Positions 48,899 to 58,772 of a stretch of 64,000 nt of DNA are shown piece by piece (position 1 is the first letter of the stretch; the number at the start of each line of letters is the position of its first letter). The position numbers were made by a program, and so were the translations under genes. The notes under the pieces were generated by a model. That model had not been told where the DNA came from. It saw nothing but the letters and a program-made list of their open reading frames with translations, and made no database searches. Source of the stretch: Escherichia phage SKA64; the sequence record OM362897.1; one strand, written 5' to 3'.

Positions 48899-49633
48899 TT
48901 AGGCTCCTGTTGGTTTTAAGGACTCGGCACTTGAGCTACCGCTCTGAATATTACGAACCGTGTGCGTGTGAGTATGGAATCCGATGCCATTACCATCTGT
49001 CATCAAACCGTTCTGATCTATTTTAAGACCATTGATATCTGCTACGCCGCCTTTGAAAGTTAAATTACCACCTTTTAGATCCAAAGTCCCTGTGCCGTCT
49101 GTAATAGTAATACCGGAGGTAGTAATATCTATTTTCATCCCTTGACTATTCCATATTGAAATATTACCTGTAGGGTCGAAAGAAGCGTACGTGTTTTTGT
49201 TATTAGAAATAACTACCTTTTCAGAATCTACAGCTTCTGTTGAATCTGTTCCTGTAGCTATTTTAGGAATAAAACAAATAGGGTATAATCCACAAGGCTG
49301 CATAAAAGTGGATGATGAAGAGGTTTCCCCACTAGTTTGCAGTGCATTAGAAGGATCTCTTTCAGAAAATATAACAGTTCCTAAATCGCCAGCTTTAATA
49401 GGGAATGAGATTCTTCCTGTCCCACCACCATTAACCATAAAAGGAACATCTTCAAAAGTAGGATAATCTATTTCATCTTCACTAGATCGTGTGTTTTTAA
49501 CAATAGATTCTAAGGTGACAGTTTTAGCACCATAATTAACGCCAGTCACACGGACTGGCAAGGCTGTATGGACTTCTGCTAATTGTTCTGTCATTAAGCC
49601 ACGCATTGCTGTGACAAAATTCAATGCATCCAT
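48899..49633 (-). CDS. baseplate spike-like protein (244 aa)
   Basis: Gly/Thr-rich beta-helix-like repeats ITITDGTGTLDLKGGNLTFKGG and His-rich HTHTHT near C-terminus. Confidence 0.45.
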   Translation of the reverse strand: MDALNFVTAMRGLMTEQLAEVHTALPVRVTGVNYGAKTVTLESIVKNTRSSEDEIDYPTFEDVPFMVNGGGTGRISFPIKAGDLGTVIFSERDPSNALQTSGETSSSSTFMQPCGLYPICFIPKIATGTDSTEAVDSEKVVISNNKNTYASFDPTGNISIWNSQGMKIDITTSGITITDGTGTLDLKGGNLTFKGGVADINGLKIDQNGLMTDGNGIGFHTHTHTVRNIQSGSSSAESLKPTGA

Positions 49634-50643
49634 TATTTCTCCTTAGTCATTATTTCAGACACGGATACACATTCCACTTCAGTAACCCACTCTTTACCTT
49701 CTTTATCTCCGTTGTGAGAAACAGAAACTACTTTAAATGGACCATCATAATCTCGGCTTTTTAACCAGATTGTTTTTTCTGGTAATATTGCACCATTCAT
49801 TTGGCATTTGAATTTAACACCATCTGTAGGTTTCTTTGCCTTCTTAGAGGATTTGGTAACTTTTTTAGTAGGTTTTATATCGTTGTGGAATGGTTCTGGA
49901 CTTCCTATCAGACCAGTTTCAGGGCTAATATAGGCGCTACGTGCACTAGACATTTGTGAACGAGGAGTGACATAAACAGACCCATCTTGTATTGACACAT
50001 TGTGATCAATACTTTTACAAATATGTTCTAGGTAATGTGAAGTGTTTCCACACATAGCTGTTGCTGAAGATAAGGTTTGATCATTATCTACGTGTATATT
50101 ACCTTCTGTAGTTCCTAAATCCTTTACCAAATCTGTCACAACACGTTTGATTTTAGTTCCTTTTGGATAACTGCGGCTTGTTCTTGCTTCTGCAATGTTA
50201 ATACCGCCATCCAAACAGTGTAAAGTGGTTTTCCTGTCTACCGAGTCAAAAGTATCACTAACCCACTGGATAGTTCCTTTGAAGATCATAACCAACTCTT
50301 CACCTTCGTATCCTACCGCTAAAGCAACAGCCAAGTTATTTCGGATACCACGGTTTATATAGTTAACAGTATCATCCGAAAGGTTATAAACTACAATCTC
50401 TGCTTGGTTAGGATCTTTGTTATTATCTTTCTTAATACTGAAGGTTATTTGATGGTCTTGCAACAAATACAAATTAGAAGAGGATTTTTCTGTTGTCCCT
50501 AACTTGGTATCCAAATCTACTGTAGATTTAAATGCCGAGTTCTTAGTTCTCTTCTGTATTGTGTTTGTGGCAGAACCAATTAATAATTTGTATGCCCTGT
50601 TTAAATTAGGGGCAGGAGCTTTTGTATACTCTCTTTCTGCCAT
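49633..50643 (-). CDS. baseplate hub-like protein (336 aa)
   Basis: Position after tape measure. Confidence 0.35.
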   Translation of the reverse strand: MAEREYTKAPAPNLNRAYKLLIGSATNTIQKRTKNSAFKSTVDLDTKLGTTEKSSSNLYLLQDHQITFSIKKDNNKDPNQAEIVVYNLSDDTVNYINRGIRNNLAVALAVGYEGEELVMIFKGTIQWVSDTFDSVDRKTTLHCLDGGINIAEARTSRSYPKGTKIKRVVTDLVKDLGTTEGNIHVDNDQTLSSATAMCGNTSHYLEHICKSIDHNVSIQDGSVYVTPRSQMSSARSAYISPETGLIGSPEPFHNDIKPTKKVTKSSKKAKKPTDGVKFKCQMNGAILPEKTIWLKSRDYDGPFKVVSVSHNGDKEGKEWVTEVECVSVSEIMTKEK

Positions 50644-50652
50644 ATTATCTCC

Positions 50653-51066
50653 TTACGCCTGATTAGGTTTGTTATCAATATAAACCAATACAAAACGTTT
50701 ATCTCGACCTGTAGTTGTATACCCAGGACGACCATTAATCTTAACTGTATCTACTATATACAATTGACCATCTGGCACACTTTCAAGATATTTATAAGGT
50801 TTAAGAAGATCTAAACCATTTGTAACTTTGAAACTTATACTTGGATCATCTCCAGATAATCCAATCTGACATTGCCAAGACTCGTCCCTAGTGTTCCACC
50901 TTAAACGAATGTCATAATCAACTCCATCCAATGTAACCGTATATGTTTGATCAGGATACTCTTCAGTTTTCAGGTACCATGCAAAATAAGTAGAATGGTC
51001 CTCTAGATAAACTGCACTGTAGCCTGTATTACTTGTAGACCTTGTTGTTTTAGAATAAGTTGTCAC
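50653..51066 (-). CDS. tail structural protein (137 aa)
   Basis: Position. Confidence 0.4.
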   Translation of the reverse strand: MTTYSKTTRSTSNTGYSAVYLEDHSTYFAWYLKTEEYPDQTYTVTLDGVDYDIRLRWNTRDESWQCQIGLSGDDPSISFKVTNGLDLLKPYKYLESVPDGQLYIVDTVKINGRPGYTTTGRDKRFVLVYIDNKPNQA

Positions 51067-51068
51067 TA

Positions 51069-51770
51069 TTAACCTCCGTTGTTTGTTGGGGTATTAGTAG
51101 CTTCAGCAGTTCTTACTGTAATATCTGACTTAGGCCCATTCGAAGCAACTTGACCTTTCACATCACCACCCGTCGATTTATTTGGTGCTGTTTTTACAGC
51201 AATAGCATTAGTAGTGGCCTTAGAAACGAGACGGATTTGTTCAAACTCTAAATCAAATTGCATAGCAAATTCAGATTTATAATCATACGAATAACCTTTG
51301 AGAATAACATTTTCAAAAGTTCTGTGTTCTGTCAAAAGAACTATTGGTTGTCTTGACTCAAATATTTGATCTAGATATTCTATTGCTTGAGAAATCCTTG
51401 CACCATTTACACCTGCACTGTATAATTGATCTCGCATAAGCCGAATTGGTGTTTCGGTAATTATACCTGAAAGTTTAAATCTGTTGTTTTTTATTTGAAC
51501 GTGGTCACTTACATCCGATCCTGATTCTACTGGAAAACTTGTAACATCTGCCTCACGAGTTACACCTACTTCAGGGACCGAATCGAAAGTAATTGCTTTA
51601 AAGTTTTGAATGTATTGATCACTTGAACTATTATAAACACTTGCTAAAATGCAGAAACCATTATCACCCTTTACAGTAGATGCCGAGGTATTTTTATTCT
51701 CGGTAGAGTTGATTTCCTGTTCTGCCTTATAGACGGCTCTCACCGACTGTTGTGGAGTCATTGCTGCCAT
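51069..51770 (-). CDS. tail structural protein (233 aa)
   Basis: Position after tape measure. Confidence 0.4.
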   Translation of the reverse strand: MAAMTPQQSVRAVYKAEQEINSTENKNTSASTVKGDNGFCILASVYNSSSDQYIQNFKAITFDSVPEVGVTREADVTSFPVESGSDVSDHVQIKNNRFKLSGIITETPIRLMRDQLYSAGVNGARISQAIEYLDQIFESRQPIVLLTEHRTFENVILKGYSYDYKSEFAMQFDLEFEQIRLVSKATTNAIAVKTAPNKSTGGDVKGQVASNGPKSDITVRTAEATNTPTNNGG

Positions 51771-51829
51771 GATAACCTCGTAGTAATGATAATGCCAAAA
51801 GGAAGATGCAAGATCTTCCCATATTGATT

Positions 51830-51859
51830 ATTGTAACACATATAGAAACTTCGTGTCAA
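51830..51859 (-). promoter_or_regulatory. sigma70-like promoter on minus strand (TTGACA-18-TACAAT)
   Basis: Intergenic, just after the tape-measure terminator. Confidence 0.4.
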
Positions 51860-51865
51860 GGGAAA

Positions 51866-51890
51866 CGAAAAAACCCCGCCGAAGCGAGGT
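51866..51890 (-). terminator. rho-independent terminator after tape measure gene
   Basis: Minus-strand RNA stem CCUCGC/GCGGGG (one G-U pair) with UUCG loop followed by TTTTTT. Confidence 0.55.
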
Positions 51891-51896
51891 ATTTTA

Positions 51897-53885
51897 TTAA
51901 CCACCAGTGTTAGATTGTCCACTTAGAGTTGAAAGAGACAAACGTTGGAAAATACTATTTCCGCTATTTTGAATTCTTGCATCAAGAATATTTCCAAACT
52001 CTGAAGAAGGGCTGATCGTAACTTTGATAAGATCACTTGGTATTGCTACCGTATTCTCAACAACAGGTTGATTACGAGCCAAACTTACGTTAGGTGTATA
52101 GGCTGATTCACGTAAATCTTCAAGAGGATTACCAAATCCAAAAGCACGTGTCCTTGTTTGTTCTCCTCTCCACATACGACCAATATCTTGTGTATCAATA
52201 CCTGTTAAATTGTACAACCAATCTGCTACAGGATTGCTGTCTCCACTTTGCGTTGCCTCGTATGCTTTTTGTGCCATAGATTTATTAGGATCTGTGTTGT
52301 CTCCAAATGTATCTGGGAATGTTTCTTTAAGCCAATTGGTAAAAGATCCGAAACCATCTCCCAATTCTTTAGCAAAACCTCCTAATTGAACTGTTGTCTT
52401 ACCGAGTTCTTCACCTAAATCTTTGGCAAACTGATCTAGCACTTTAACGTTATCCAGCCAAGAATCATCTTTAGGTAAGGCTTTCACAAAACCCTCTAAG
52501 AAGTGGTTCTGCATACCTTGACCTACAAGCTGAACTGTTGCAGCAAAACGAGTAAACTCTTTAGAAGCATCTATTTGTTCTTGAGTTAATGTTGCACCTG
52601 TTCTTTGAAGCATTTTCAATACTTCATTATACCCTTCGCCGTTTTTACTAAACATACGTTGGTAGTGCATAAGGTCATCACCAAGGTTTTCAAGAAGTCG
52701 CCCGATTTGAGCAGAGTTCATACCTCGACGCTCACCTTCATTAACAGTAGCCTGAATAAAAGCTAAAGGATCGTTCTGTAAAGGTTTAAGCTGTTCTGGA
52801 TTCCATCCAAACAAGTTCATAATGTCATTTATGCCATTATCACCGCCTTTCCACTTCCCTTCTTTCTCATTCCATTTTGAGGCTAAAACTGTATTACCAA
52901 GACGTTCACGAACGTCTTTAATATTATCTATTGACTTAATAATATTTGCAGAGTCTACACCGTTCTGTTCACCCCAAGCTGTCATTGCCAAAATAGCGTT
53001 GGCGTTTGTCTGAACGTTTTCAGCACCACGACTTACAAGTTTAATTCTTTCGTTAGTATTCATCAACGTGTTACCAACTACAGAACCACCTGCAAACAGC
53101 CCAGCACCTATCAAAGAGGATGCAATCATGCGTGGATTAAGACCTGCTGCACCTTCTTTTAATTGTCCATATCGACGATCACGATCACGTTTTTGTTGAG
53201 CTAATTCACGCTTACGGTTGCGTTCTATATCTCTAAGTTCACGATTTCGCATACGTATACGCATTTTAGCTTCTGCTTCTAGCTCTCTACGAATACGGCG
53301 ACGACCGCGAACCTCGTCTTCTATTTCGGCATTCTTTTCACGATGAGATCTGCGTAAGGCATCTAACTGGTGAGCAAGAGCTTGGTTCATACGTTGAAGA
53401 GTTATTTCACCCTTTTTGTATTGCTCTACAGCTTTACCCATAACGTCCCTAGCTTCTTGCATAGCACCAGGACTGGCTTTACTAAATGCTCTTGCTCGGT
53501 AGTTAAAGTTCTGCAAACGAAGATTACCTAAATCTTCCCTACGTGCTGCTGCTTTAGCTTCGCGTTCAGCAGCTTTACGAGCTTTTTCTTCTTCTCTTCC
53601 TTGCGGGGTTTTAGGAGTTCTAGGTCTACCAGATCCGCCTACAGGAGCACCCGCTCCAGCGGGAGTAGGTGCTCGCATAGGTTTTTGACTTTGAGTTTGA
53701 GCTTTCTTAAGTTCACGCTCAATCTCTTTCATTTGTTGTCTAAACTTGGTCATGTTCATAGTGGGTTGCATTTTATTTGCAAACTTCTGAACACTCAACA
53801 CGGCATCTTTTGCTTCCTTGAGACTGTTCTTGTCCACCTTAAACGTAACCACGTTACTAATTTTGGAGGCGTTAATTTCTAACAA
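51897..53885 (-). CDS. tail tape measure protein (662 aa)
   Basis: Immediately after frameshifted chaperone pair; long Arg/Glu/Lys coiled-coil region. Confidence 0.7.
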   Translation of the reverse strand: MLEINASKISNVVTFKVDKNSLKEAKDAVLSVQKFANKMQPTMNMTKFRQQMKEIERELKKAQTQSQKPMRAPTPAGAGAPVGGSGRPRTPKTPQGREEEKARKAAEREAKAAARREDLGNLRLQNFNYRARAFSKASPGAMQEARDVMGKAVEQYKKGEITLQRMNQALAHQLDALRRSHREKNAEIEDEVRGRRRIRRELEAEAKMRIRMRNRELRDIERNRKRELAQQKRDRDRRYGQLKEGAAGLNPRMIASSLIGAGLFAGGSVVGNTLMNTNERIKLVSRGAENVQTNANAILAMTAWGEQNGVDSANIIKSIDNIKDVRERLGNTVLASKWNEKEGKWKGGDNGINDIMNLFGWNPEQLKPLQNDPLAFIQATVNEGERRGMNSAQIGRLLENLGDDLMHYQRMFSKNGEGYNEVLKMLQRTGATLTQEQIDASKEFTRFAATVQLVGQGMQNHFLEGFVKALPKDDSWLDNVKVLDQFAKDLGEELGKTTVQLGGFAKELGDGFGSFTNWLKETFPDTFGDNTDPNKSMAQKAYEATQSGDSNPVADWLYNLTGIDTQDIGRMWRGEQTRTRAFGFGNPLEDLRESAYTPNVSLARNQPVVENTVAIPSDLIKVTISPSSEFGNILDARIQNSGNSIFQRLSLSTLSGQSNTGG

Positions 53886-53905
53886 AGTATGTTCCTCGTG
53901 TTGGA

Positions 53906-54654
53906 TTAAACAAGTTTCTTAAACAAATCTGACATTTTATTTGTCTGGTTTTGATGTTTTCTCTTTATTGAAGTGTCTTTAACATACATGGCTTCAACAT
54001 ACTCTTCGTATGTTAAATACTCATATAGTTTTAAAAGATAATCTACACCGTAGTTATCCAATGTTTTCAGTGTTTCCGAGGTATCTTTAACGACTTTGCA
54101 AAGAATAACCTCATACCACTTCAAAGTAAGGGTTTTCGTTGCTGTGTCGATAGCATGTTCAATCGCAGGTGTTAATTTGCTGCTAAACTCGTCATCGCCT
54201 GAAGCTGTGTGAACAGTTTTCCGAAACCTCGTTTGAAAAAAGGGCCGTAGTTTACCTCCAGAACTTTAGCAGTAAGATCTAACACTAGTTCTGGGTGAGC
54301 CATAAATAATTCATCAAAATTTTCTGCAACGTTATAACCGTCTTGAGTATAAACCTCATCTAAAATTTTACGCAAAAAGACCGTTAAATTCTTTTCTTCC
54401 AAACCTGCAAAAAGTTGGATCAGTGCCATAGCAATACGTGACTCAAGGTCTTCGTCTGCGGACATTGTTGCTGTGCTATACATAGTCATAGGAACAACCA
54501 GAACACTACCCAATTCTGGAATCCTGTCAAACACTTTAGATGGACTCCACTTCATAATACGGAAAGTAACAGATCTGTTTCCATCTAACGGAATCTCAAC
54601 TACTTCTTCTGGTCGAGCATATTTTTGAATTGTGTTATCTTGTTCTTGTGACAT
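53906..54654 (-). CDS. tail assembly chaperone, -1 frameshift-extended product (GT-like)
   Basis: -1 frame is open from the slippery site through ORF 53906..54124; manual translation across the junction gives ...YGPFF-QTRFRKTVH...TLTLKWYEVILCK... Confidence 0.45.
54172..54654 (-). CDS. tail assembly chaperone (G-like, 160 aa)
   Basis: Located between tube and tape measure; acidic. Confidence 0.55.
   Translation of the reverse strand: MSQEQDNTIQKYARPEEVVEIPLDGNRSVTFRIMKWSPSKVFDRIPELGSVLVVPMTMYSTATMSADEDLESRIAMALIQLFAGLEEKNLTVFLRKILDEVYTQDGYNVAENFDELFMAHPELVLDLTAKVLEVNYGPFFKRGFGKLFTQLQAMTSLAAN
54235..54241 (-). other. -1 programmed ribosomal frameshift slippery heptamer T_TTT_TTC
   Basis: Zero-frame codons CCT TTT TTC (P-F-F) about 20 codons before the chaperone stop. 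Confidence 0.5.
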
Positions 54655-54671
54655 ATTTTCCTCTCTAATGA

Positions 54672-54697
54672 TAAAAAGGGCATTTCTGCCCTTTATT
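54672..54697 (-). terminator. stem-loop / attenuating terminator after tail tube gene
   Basis: AAAGGGCA-GAAA-TGCCCTTT hairpin followed by T-rich run. Confidence 0.5.
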
Positions 54698-54699
54698 TA

Positions 54700-55179
54700 T
54701 TATTGAATTGTCAGAGCAGAGATTGAGTTAAGGGTGCTCAAACCTACACCAACTTCATTACGCAGAAGGCTTGCATCTTTAAGACCAATAACCCATTGGT
54801 TCTCTGTAATCATTTCGCCAATAGTATCTTCAGGCTGACTTTGAATCCATCCAATCGTGCTAATGTAATAGCCACGTGGGTCTTCCAAGTAAACACTGAA
54901 CGCTACTTGACGAGTAGAATACATTGTTTGTGCATATGTTGCAAGTACTTCGTTAGCTGGAGATGTGCGTTGCAAAGACATTGTGAGTGTTCCTAAACGG
55001 TTACGACTCAAAGCTAGTGAAACGTCGCCATCAGTCCCTGAATAAGGGTTGATAATATCGTTAGATTTAGCAATAACGATTTTAGTATCAGCCGCAAAAC
55101 CCCACGGTTCCCAACCACCTAATGAAAGGATAACTTGAGATGGGTCGTAGGCCATTACGCCAGTAAGCATTTTATCCAT
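54700..55179 (-). CDS. tail tube protein (159 aa)
   Basis: Small gene between sheath-sized gene and chaperones. Confidence 0.5.
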   Translation of the reverse strand: MDKMLTGVMAYDPSQVILSLGGWEPWGFAADTKIVIAKSNDIINPYSGTDGDVSLALSRNRLGTLTMSLQRTSPANEVLATYAQTMYSTRQVAFSVYLEDPRGYYISTIGWIQSQPEDTIGEMITENQWVIGLKDASLLRNEVGVGLSTLNSISALTIQ

Positions 55180-55225
55180 TATAGATCCTCTTTATTTTGA
55201 TAACGGGGGCTTAACCCCCGCCGTA

Positions 55226-56599
55226 TTAGTTTGCAGTACGGTTAGTCAGGACGTTGACCTGAACTTTAACGTAATGGAAGAAGCCAGCGTAAACATATTC
55301 AATCTTCATCCCATCGACCAGACGAGCATTGATTTGCGCATCAGTCATATCGGCACGAGAAGGAATATAAACAATAGGTTTCAGATCGACACGCAAACCA
55401 GTCTCTTCAGAAGTAACAACTTCATTAGCGATGGAACCGTTGAGGATACCTACTTGGATCGGGTTAGCCAGAACAGCTTGTCGGATCAAAGCCAGACCGT
55501 TTGAAGTAGCACGAACACCACCACCCAGCATAGACTGTTGTTTAAACAGTGTAAACAGTGATTCTTCTGTGCGAGCTTTAAACCACAAAGCATGAACAAC
55601 ATAGTCAACAAAGAAACCGCTAACCATCAATCCATCACGATAGAACAGAGTTCCATGCTCTTTACGATAGATGTTACCGTTCTGTTGAACAATATTGTTT
55701 TCCGAAGTCTGATCCAGTTTCTCGATCTCTACACCTACCAGTGTTTTACCGTGAAGAGTAGTTAAACCAGGTTGACGAGAACAGATTGCACCAACAACTG
55801 CTGCTTCTGGGAATACAGAATCTGCATCGGTCATCCACAAAGCAAAGCAAGTGTTATTATAACCGAGGTCATTCAGTCGTTCCAGAACGTTATCTTCTGC
55901 TTTCGTTTTAATTCCAGGTTCAGAGCTAGAGAAGAAGTAAACTTTATCATTCTCTTCTACCCATGCAGCCAAAGCTAGAACATCTTCTGTTTCATGGGAA
56001 TCTGAAAGGGTCCAGAACCAGCTACTATCAATATCATGCAGAGCAGCAATATCTTCCGTAATAGCATTAGCATAGACAGTTTCTTGGGTGAAACCTGTGC
56101 TGTCAATAGAACCAAACTTACCTTCTACTGGAGTGAAAGTCATTGCAGCGCCGTTGTTAGCTACTGTAAACAGTGGGCCATAAACAAGATCTGCATTGAT
56201 CATTTCAGTCAGACCAACTACAATCTCTTGTGCAGTTGCAGTGTCATCAGCAATGAATTTAAATTCTTTTTTCTTGGTACCATTTTTGATGGTAATTGTG
56301 TAAGTTGCACTATCTTCTACGATTGGAGTTAGAGTAAAGTTTGTAACTTCACGCTTACCAACCATGACTTGATCTGGTGGGAACAAACCGTTAAACAGTT
56401 TGACTGCCATAATATACGCTGGATCATTTAATCCATAACCTGCTTCCAAAAGTGCATCGGAAGAAGAGTAATATTGAATCGCTTCGCCAGTTACGTTCTG
56501 ACCTGTAAGGATCAGGGGAATATCGAACTGGGTTTCACGAATTGATGTAGCACCATACAGTAAAGTTACGGTTGCTACCTTTTCACGAAAAGTTGCCAT
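55226..56599 (-). CDS. tail sheath protein (457 aa)
   Basis: Sheath-sized gene upstream of tube/chaperone/tape-measure order typical of contractile tails. Confidence 0.55.
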   Translation of the reverse strand: MATFREKVATVTLLYGATSIRETQFDIPLILTGQNVTGEAIQYYSSSDALLEAGYGLNDPAYIMAVKLFNGLFPPDQVMVGKREVTNFTLTPIVEDSATYTITIKNGTKKKEFKFIADDTATAQEIVVGLTEMINADLVYGPLFTVANNGAAMTFTPVEGKFGSIDSTGFTQETVYANAITEDIAALHDIDSSWFWTLSDSHETEDVLALAAWVEENDKVYFFSSSEPGIKTKAEDNVLERLNDLGYNNTCFALWMTDADSVFPEAAVVGAICSRQPGLTTLHGKTLVGVEIEKLDQTSENNIVQQNGNIYRKEHGTLFYRDGLMVSGFFVDYVVHALWFKARTEESLFTLFKQQSMLGGGVRATSNGLALIRQAVLANPIQVGILNGSIANEVVTSEETGLRVDLKPIVYIPSRADMTDAQINARLVDGMKIEYVYAGFFHYVKVQVNVLTNRTAN

Positions 56600-56633
56600 T
56601 TATGCTCCTGTTAGAAACTTAATTCCAATGAGT

Positions 56634-57293
56634 TTATTCGGTAGGGTTGTTAAATAATGATCCATTTTGATTGACTGACGAGTATTCGCCTGGAACCAAA
56701 GTAATTGCATAAACCCTGTTTAGAATTAAATCTAAAGGGATAGGATCATTGTAACTATCTCTGAATGAACGGATGTGCATGTTGATTGCTTCTATTGGTG
56801 TAGTAGCAATATCTTCAATACTCATACGAGTGTTGAACGTCATAACCATACGCGCTCTTAATTCAGTCTTATCTCCGTCTACAATTGTATTGGCTTGAGC
56901 TATATTAGAGGCTCCTAAAAAACCAAGACCTTTAGAATAGAGATGTTTGTATTTTAATTCCTCTGCACCACGGAGAGCAGCCAGAACATAGCTCATCAAA
57001 GTGGTAGGTCTTCCACGATAGGCTACAAGTTCAATCTCGTAGGTATTATCCATCTCGTAGGAATACATATCATTTTGAATAGAGCTTCGGTAAGACCAAC
57101 CTCCAGAATCGCTGGAAGTGATAATACGTAGTGCTAGGTAAGGAGTATCCGGTTTAATGAATGGCTTATCCATAACATAGACTGGCAACCCCACTAATTC
57201 TTGAAGGAAGCCACCTATATTTAAGTAGATGGCATTTTCGTATGCTTCTATTTGTTGGTAAATATTAGCCAAAGTTTCCTCCTTCTGTTCCAT
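56634..57293 (-). CDS. neck/tail completion protein (219 aa)
   Basis: Position between head and sheath genes. Confidence 0.4.
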   Translation of the reverse strand: MEQKEETLANIYQQIEAYENAIYLNIGGFLQELVGLPVYVMDKPFIKPDTPYLALRIITSSDSGGWSYRSSIQNDMYSYEMDNTYEIELVAYRGRPTTLMSYVLAALRGAEELKYKHLYSKGLGFLGASNIAQANTIVDGDKTELRARMVMTFNTRMSIEDIATTPIEAINMHIRSFRDSYNDPIPLDLILNRVYAITLVPGEYSSVNQNGSLFNNPTE

Positions 57294-57714
57294 AAGACCA
57301 GGAGTTGTTTTGATCGTCTAATATTGCAACACAGTGATGATGGACTAAGAAAGATGTTCTGGTCCAATCTTTAAGGGAATAAACAGAATACCATTTACCA
57401 TCTATCAATATCTGATCTGATAACTGTTCTGTTCCTTGTTGTAACCCCTTCATTTCTGTTTTAGTCCAGAAACTATATTGAGCCTTAGATCTGTAACCTT
57501 CAGGTAGTGCATTCAGTGTTTTACCAGATATCGGTTGTAAGCTTGCAGCTTCAATAGTAAATGGTTCATATTCTACACTACTTTCTAAGTTAGCAATAAC
57601 TGAACCAACGGCCTCTTTGTAGACTCGTCTACGACCTTGGTATTCAGTTAGATCAAGGAGAGTAAATTGATCTAGTAACACTTGTATCTCCTTTTTAGTA
57701 TACATCAAAAACAA
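57265..57714 (-). CDS. neck protein (149 aa)
   Basis: Position. Confidence 0.4.
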   Translation of the reverse strand: MFLMYTKKEIQVLLDQFTLLDLTEYQGRRRVYKEAVGSVIANLESSVEYEPFTIEAASLQPISGKTLNALPEGYRSKAQYSFWTKTEMKGLQQGTEQLSDQILIDGKWYSVYSLKDWTRTSFLVHHHCVAILDDQNNSWSYGTEGGNFG

Positions 57715-57726
57715 AGTTTATGCAAG

Positions 57727-58215
57727 TTATTTTTTAGACTTGCTTTTTGTGATTTTTGTTTCGATTGCATTTATCATGTGTGCCGTATCTATTAAGATAT
57801 GATTAGAATAGTTGCCTTTATCTTGTCGTATCTTAATTGTCACAGGAGATAAAGGACGATAACGTTGCATTGCAATCGCTTGAGCTATTCCTTCTCTAGA
57901 GGCTCTCGCTATAGGCTCAAAAACAGCTAACCCGACATTATTCATTAAGTAATTTGCAAACACCTGCTTCATCTTTTTAGCGATATCGTTCTGTGAGATA
58001 ACAGCACCATCTGTTATAAAAGGGCGAGCAGGTATGTTATTTGTTTCATTACCATATTGTTGAATAGCTGCTATTGCAGGAATAGTGAGATCTGATTCAG
58101 GATGCCTTTTGTTTGTTAAAAAACCAGCTTCGATTTGAACTTGTTCAAGGTCCATCATCTTTTTGATAATGGTTTCCCAATCTGTATCGTCACCTGGTAA
58201 GATCTCACTTTCCAT
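57727..58215 (-). CDS. head-tail connector protein (162 aa)
   Basis: Position. Confidence 0.4.
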   Translation of the reverse strand: MESEILPGDDTDWETIIKKMMDLEQVQIEAGFLTNKRHPESDLTIPAIAAIQQYGNETNNIPARPFITDGAVISQNDIAKKMKQVFANYLMNNVGLAVFEPIARASREGIAQAIAMQRYRPLSPVTIKIRQDKGNYSNHILIDTAHMINAIETKITKSKSKK

Positions 58216-58763
58216 TATTTGTCCCTACGATAAAAAGAAACAGGTCCGTAATTTCGCAAATAATTAACGTTGCGTGTATTACGATCAACACTTGCAACAT
58301 TACCAAGACCATTTACAGAGTTAGGATCACTGTTTACTCGATCAATCTCACGAGCATCAACACCACCAATAAGAACTTTACTGGTTGCTCCTCGTCCTGC
58401 CGTGCACCCAGGGATCACCATAAGACCATTTAAATAGTTATGATAGATATCTTCCCACGGAGATTTATAAGTGACTTGACCGTTGTTAAATTTAACTTCA
58501 ACTTCGACTTCACCCATCTTTTCTCTGCGGGACATAGCTCCTCCTGTTTGAGTACTGTTGTTAAGAACATCGTTGTTCCATAAATACTCTAAAACAGAAA
58601 TCAAGCTGTTCCACAATACTGCACACTTATCCTTATCTTCATTCCCTATAATATCAATCCAAGTTTGGATGATCTGAATCAGCATTGCATCTGGCAACAC
58701 TTCTTGAGAAGGGTTATAAACAAGAATTCGGATCAGTGGTGCCAACTCTACCGCATTCAGCAT
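58215..58763 (-). CDS. head-tail connector protein (182 aa)
   Basis: Position. Confidence 0.4.
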   Translation of the reverse strand: MLNAVELAPLIRILVYNPSQEVLPDAMLIQIIQTWIDIIGNEDKDKCAVLWNSLISVLEYLWNNDVLNNSTQTGGAMSRREKMGEVEVEVKFNNGQVTYKSPWEDIYHNYLNGLMVIPGCTAGRGATSKVLIGGVDAREIDRVNSDPNSVNGLGNVASVDRNTRNVNYLRNYGPVSFYRRDK

Positions 58764-58772
58764 AAGCCCACC

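Noticed and set aside
55203-55219. Hairpin CGGGGG-CTTAA-CCCCCG between sheath and tube genes as a terminator
   Set aside because: No U-tract on the transcribed strand; may be an RNA stability element, but evidence is insufficient to annotate.
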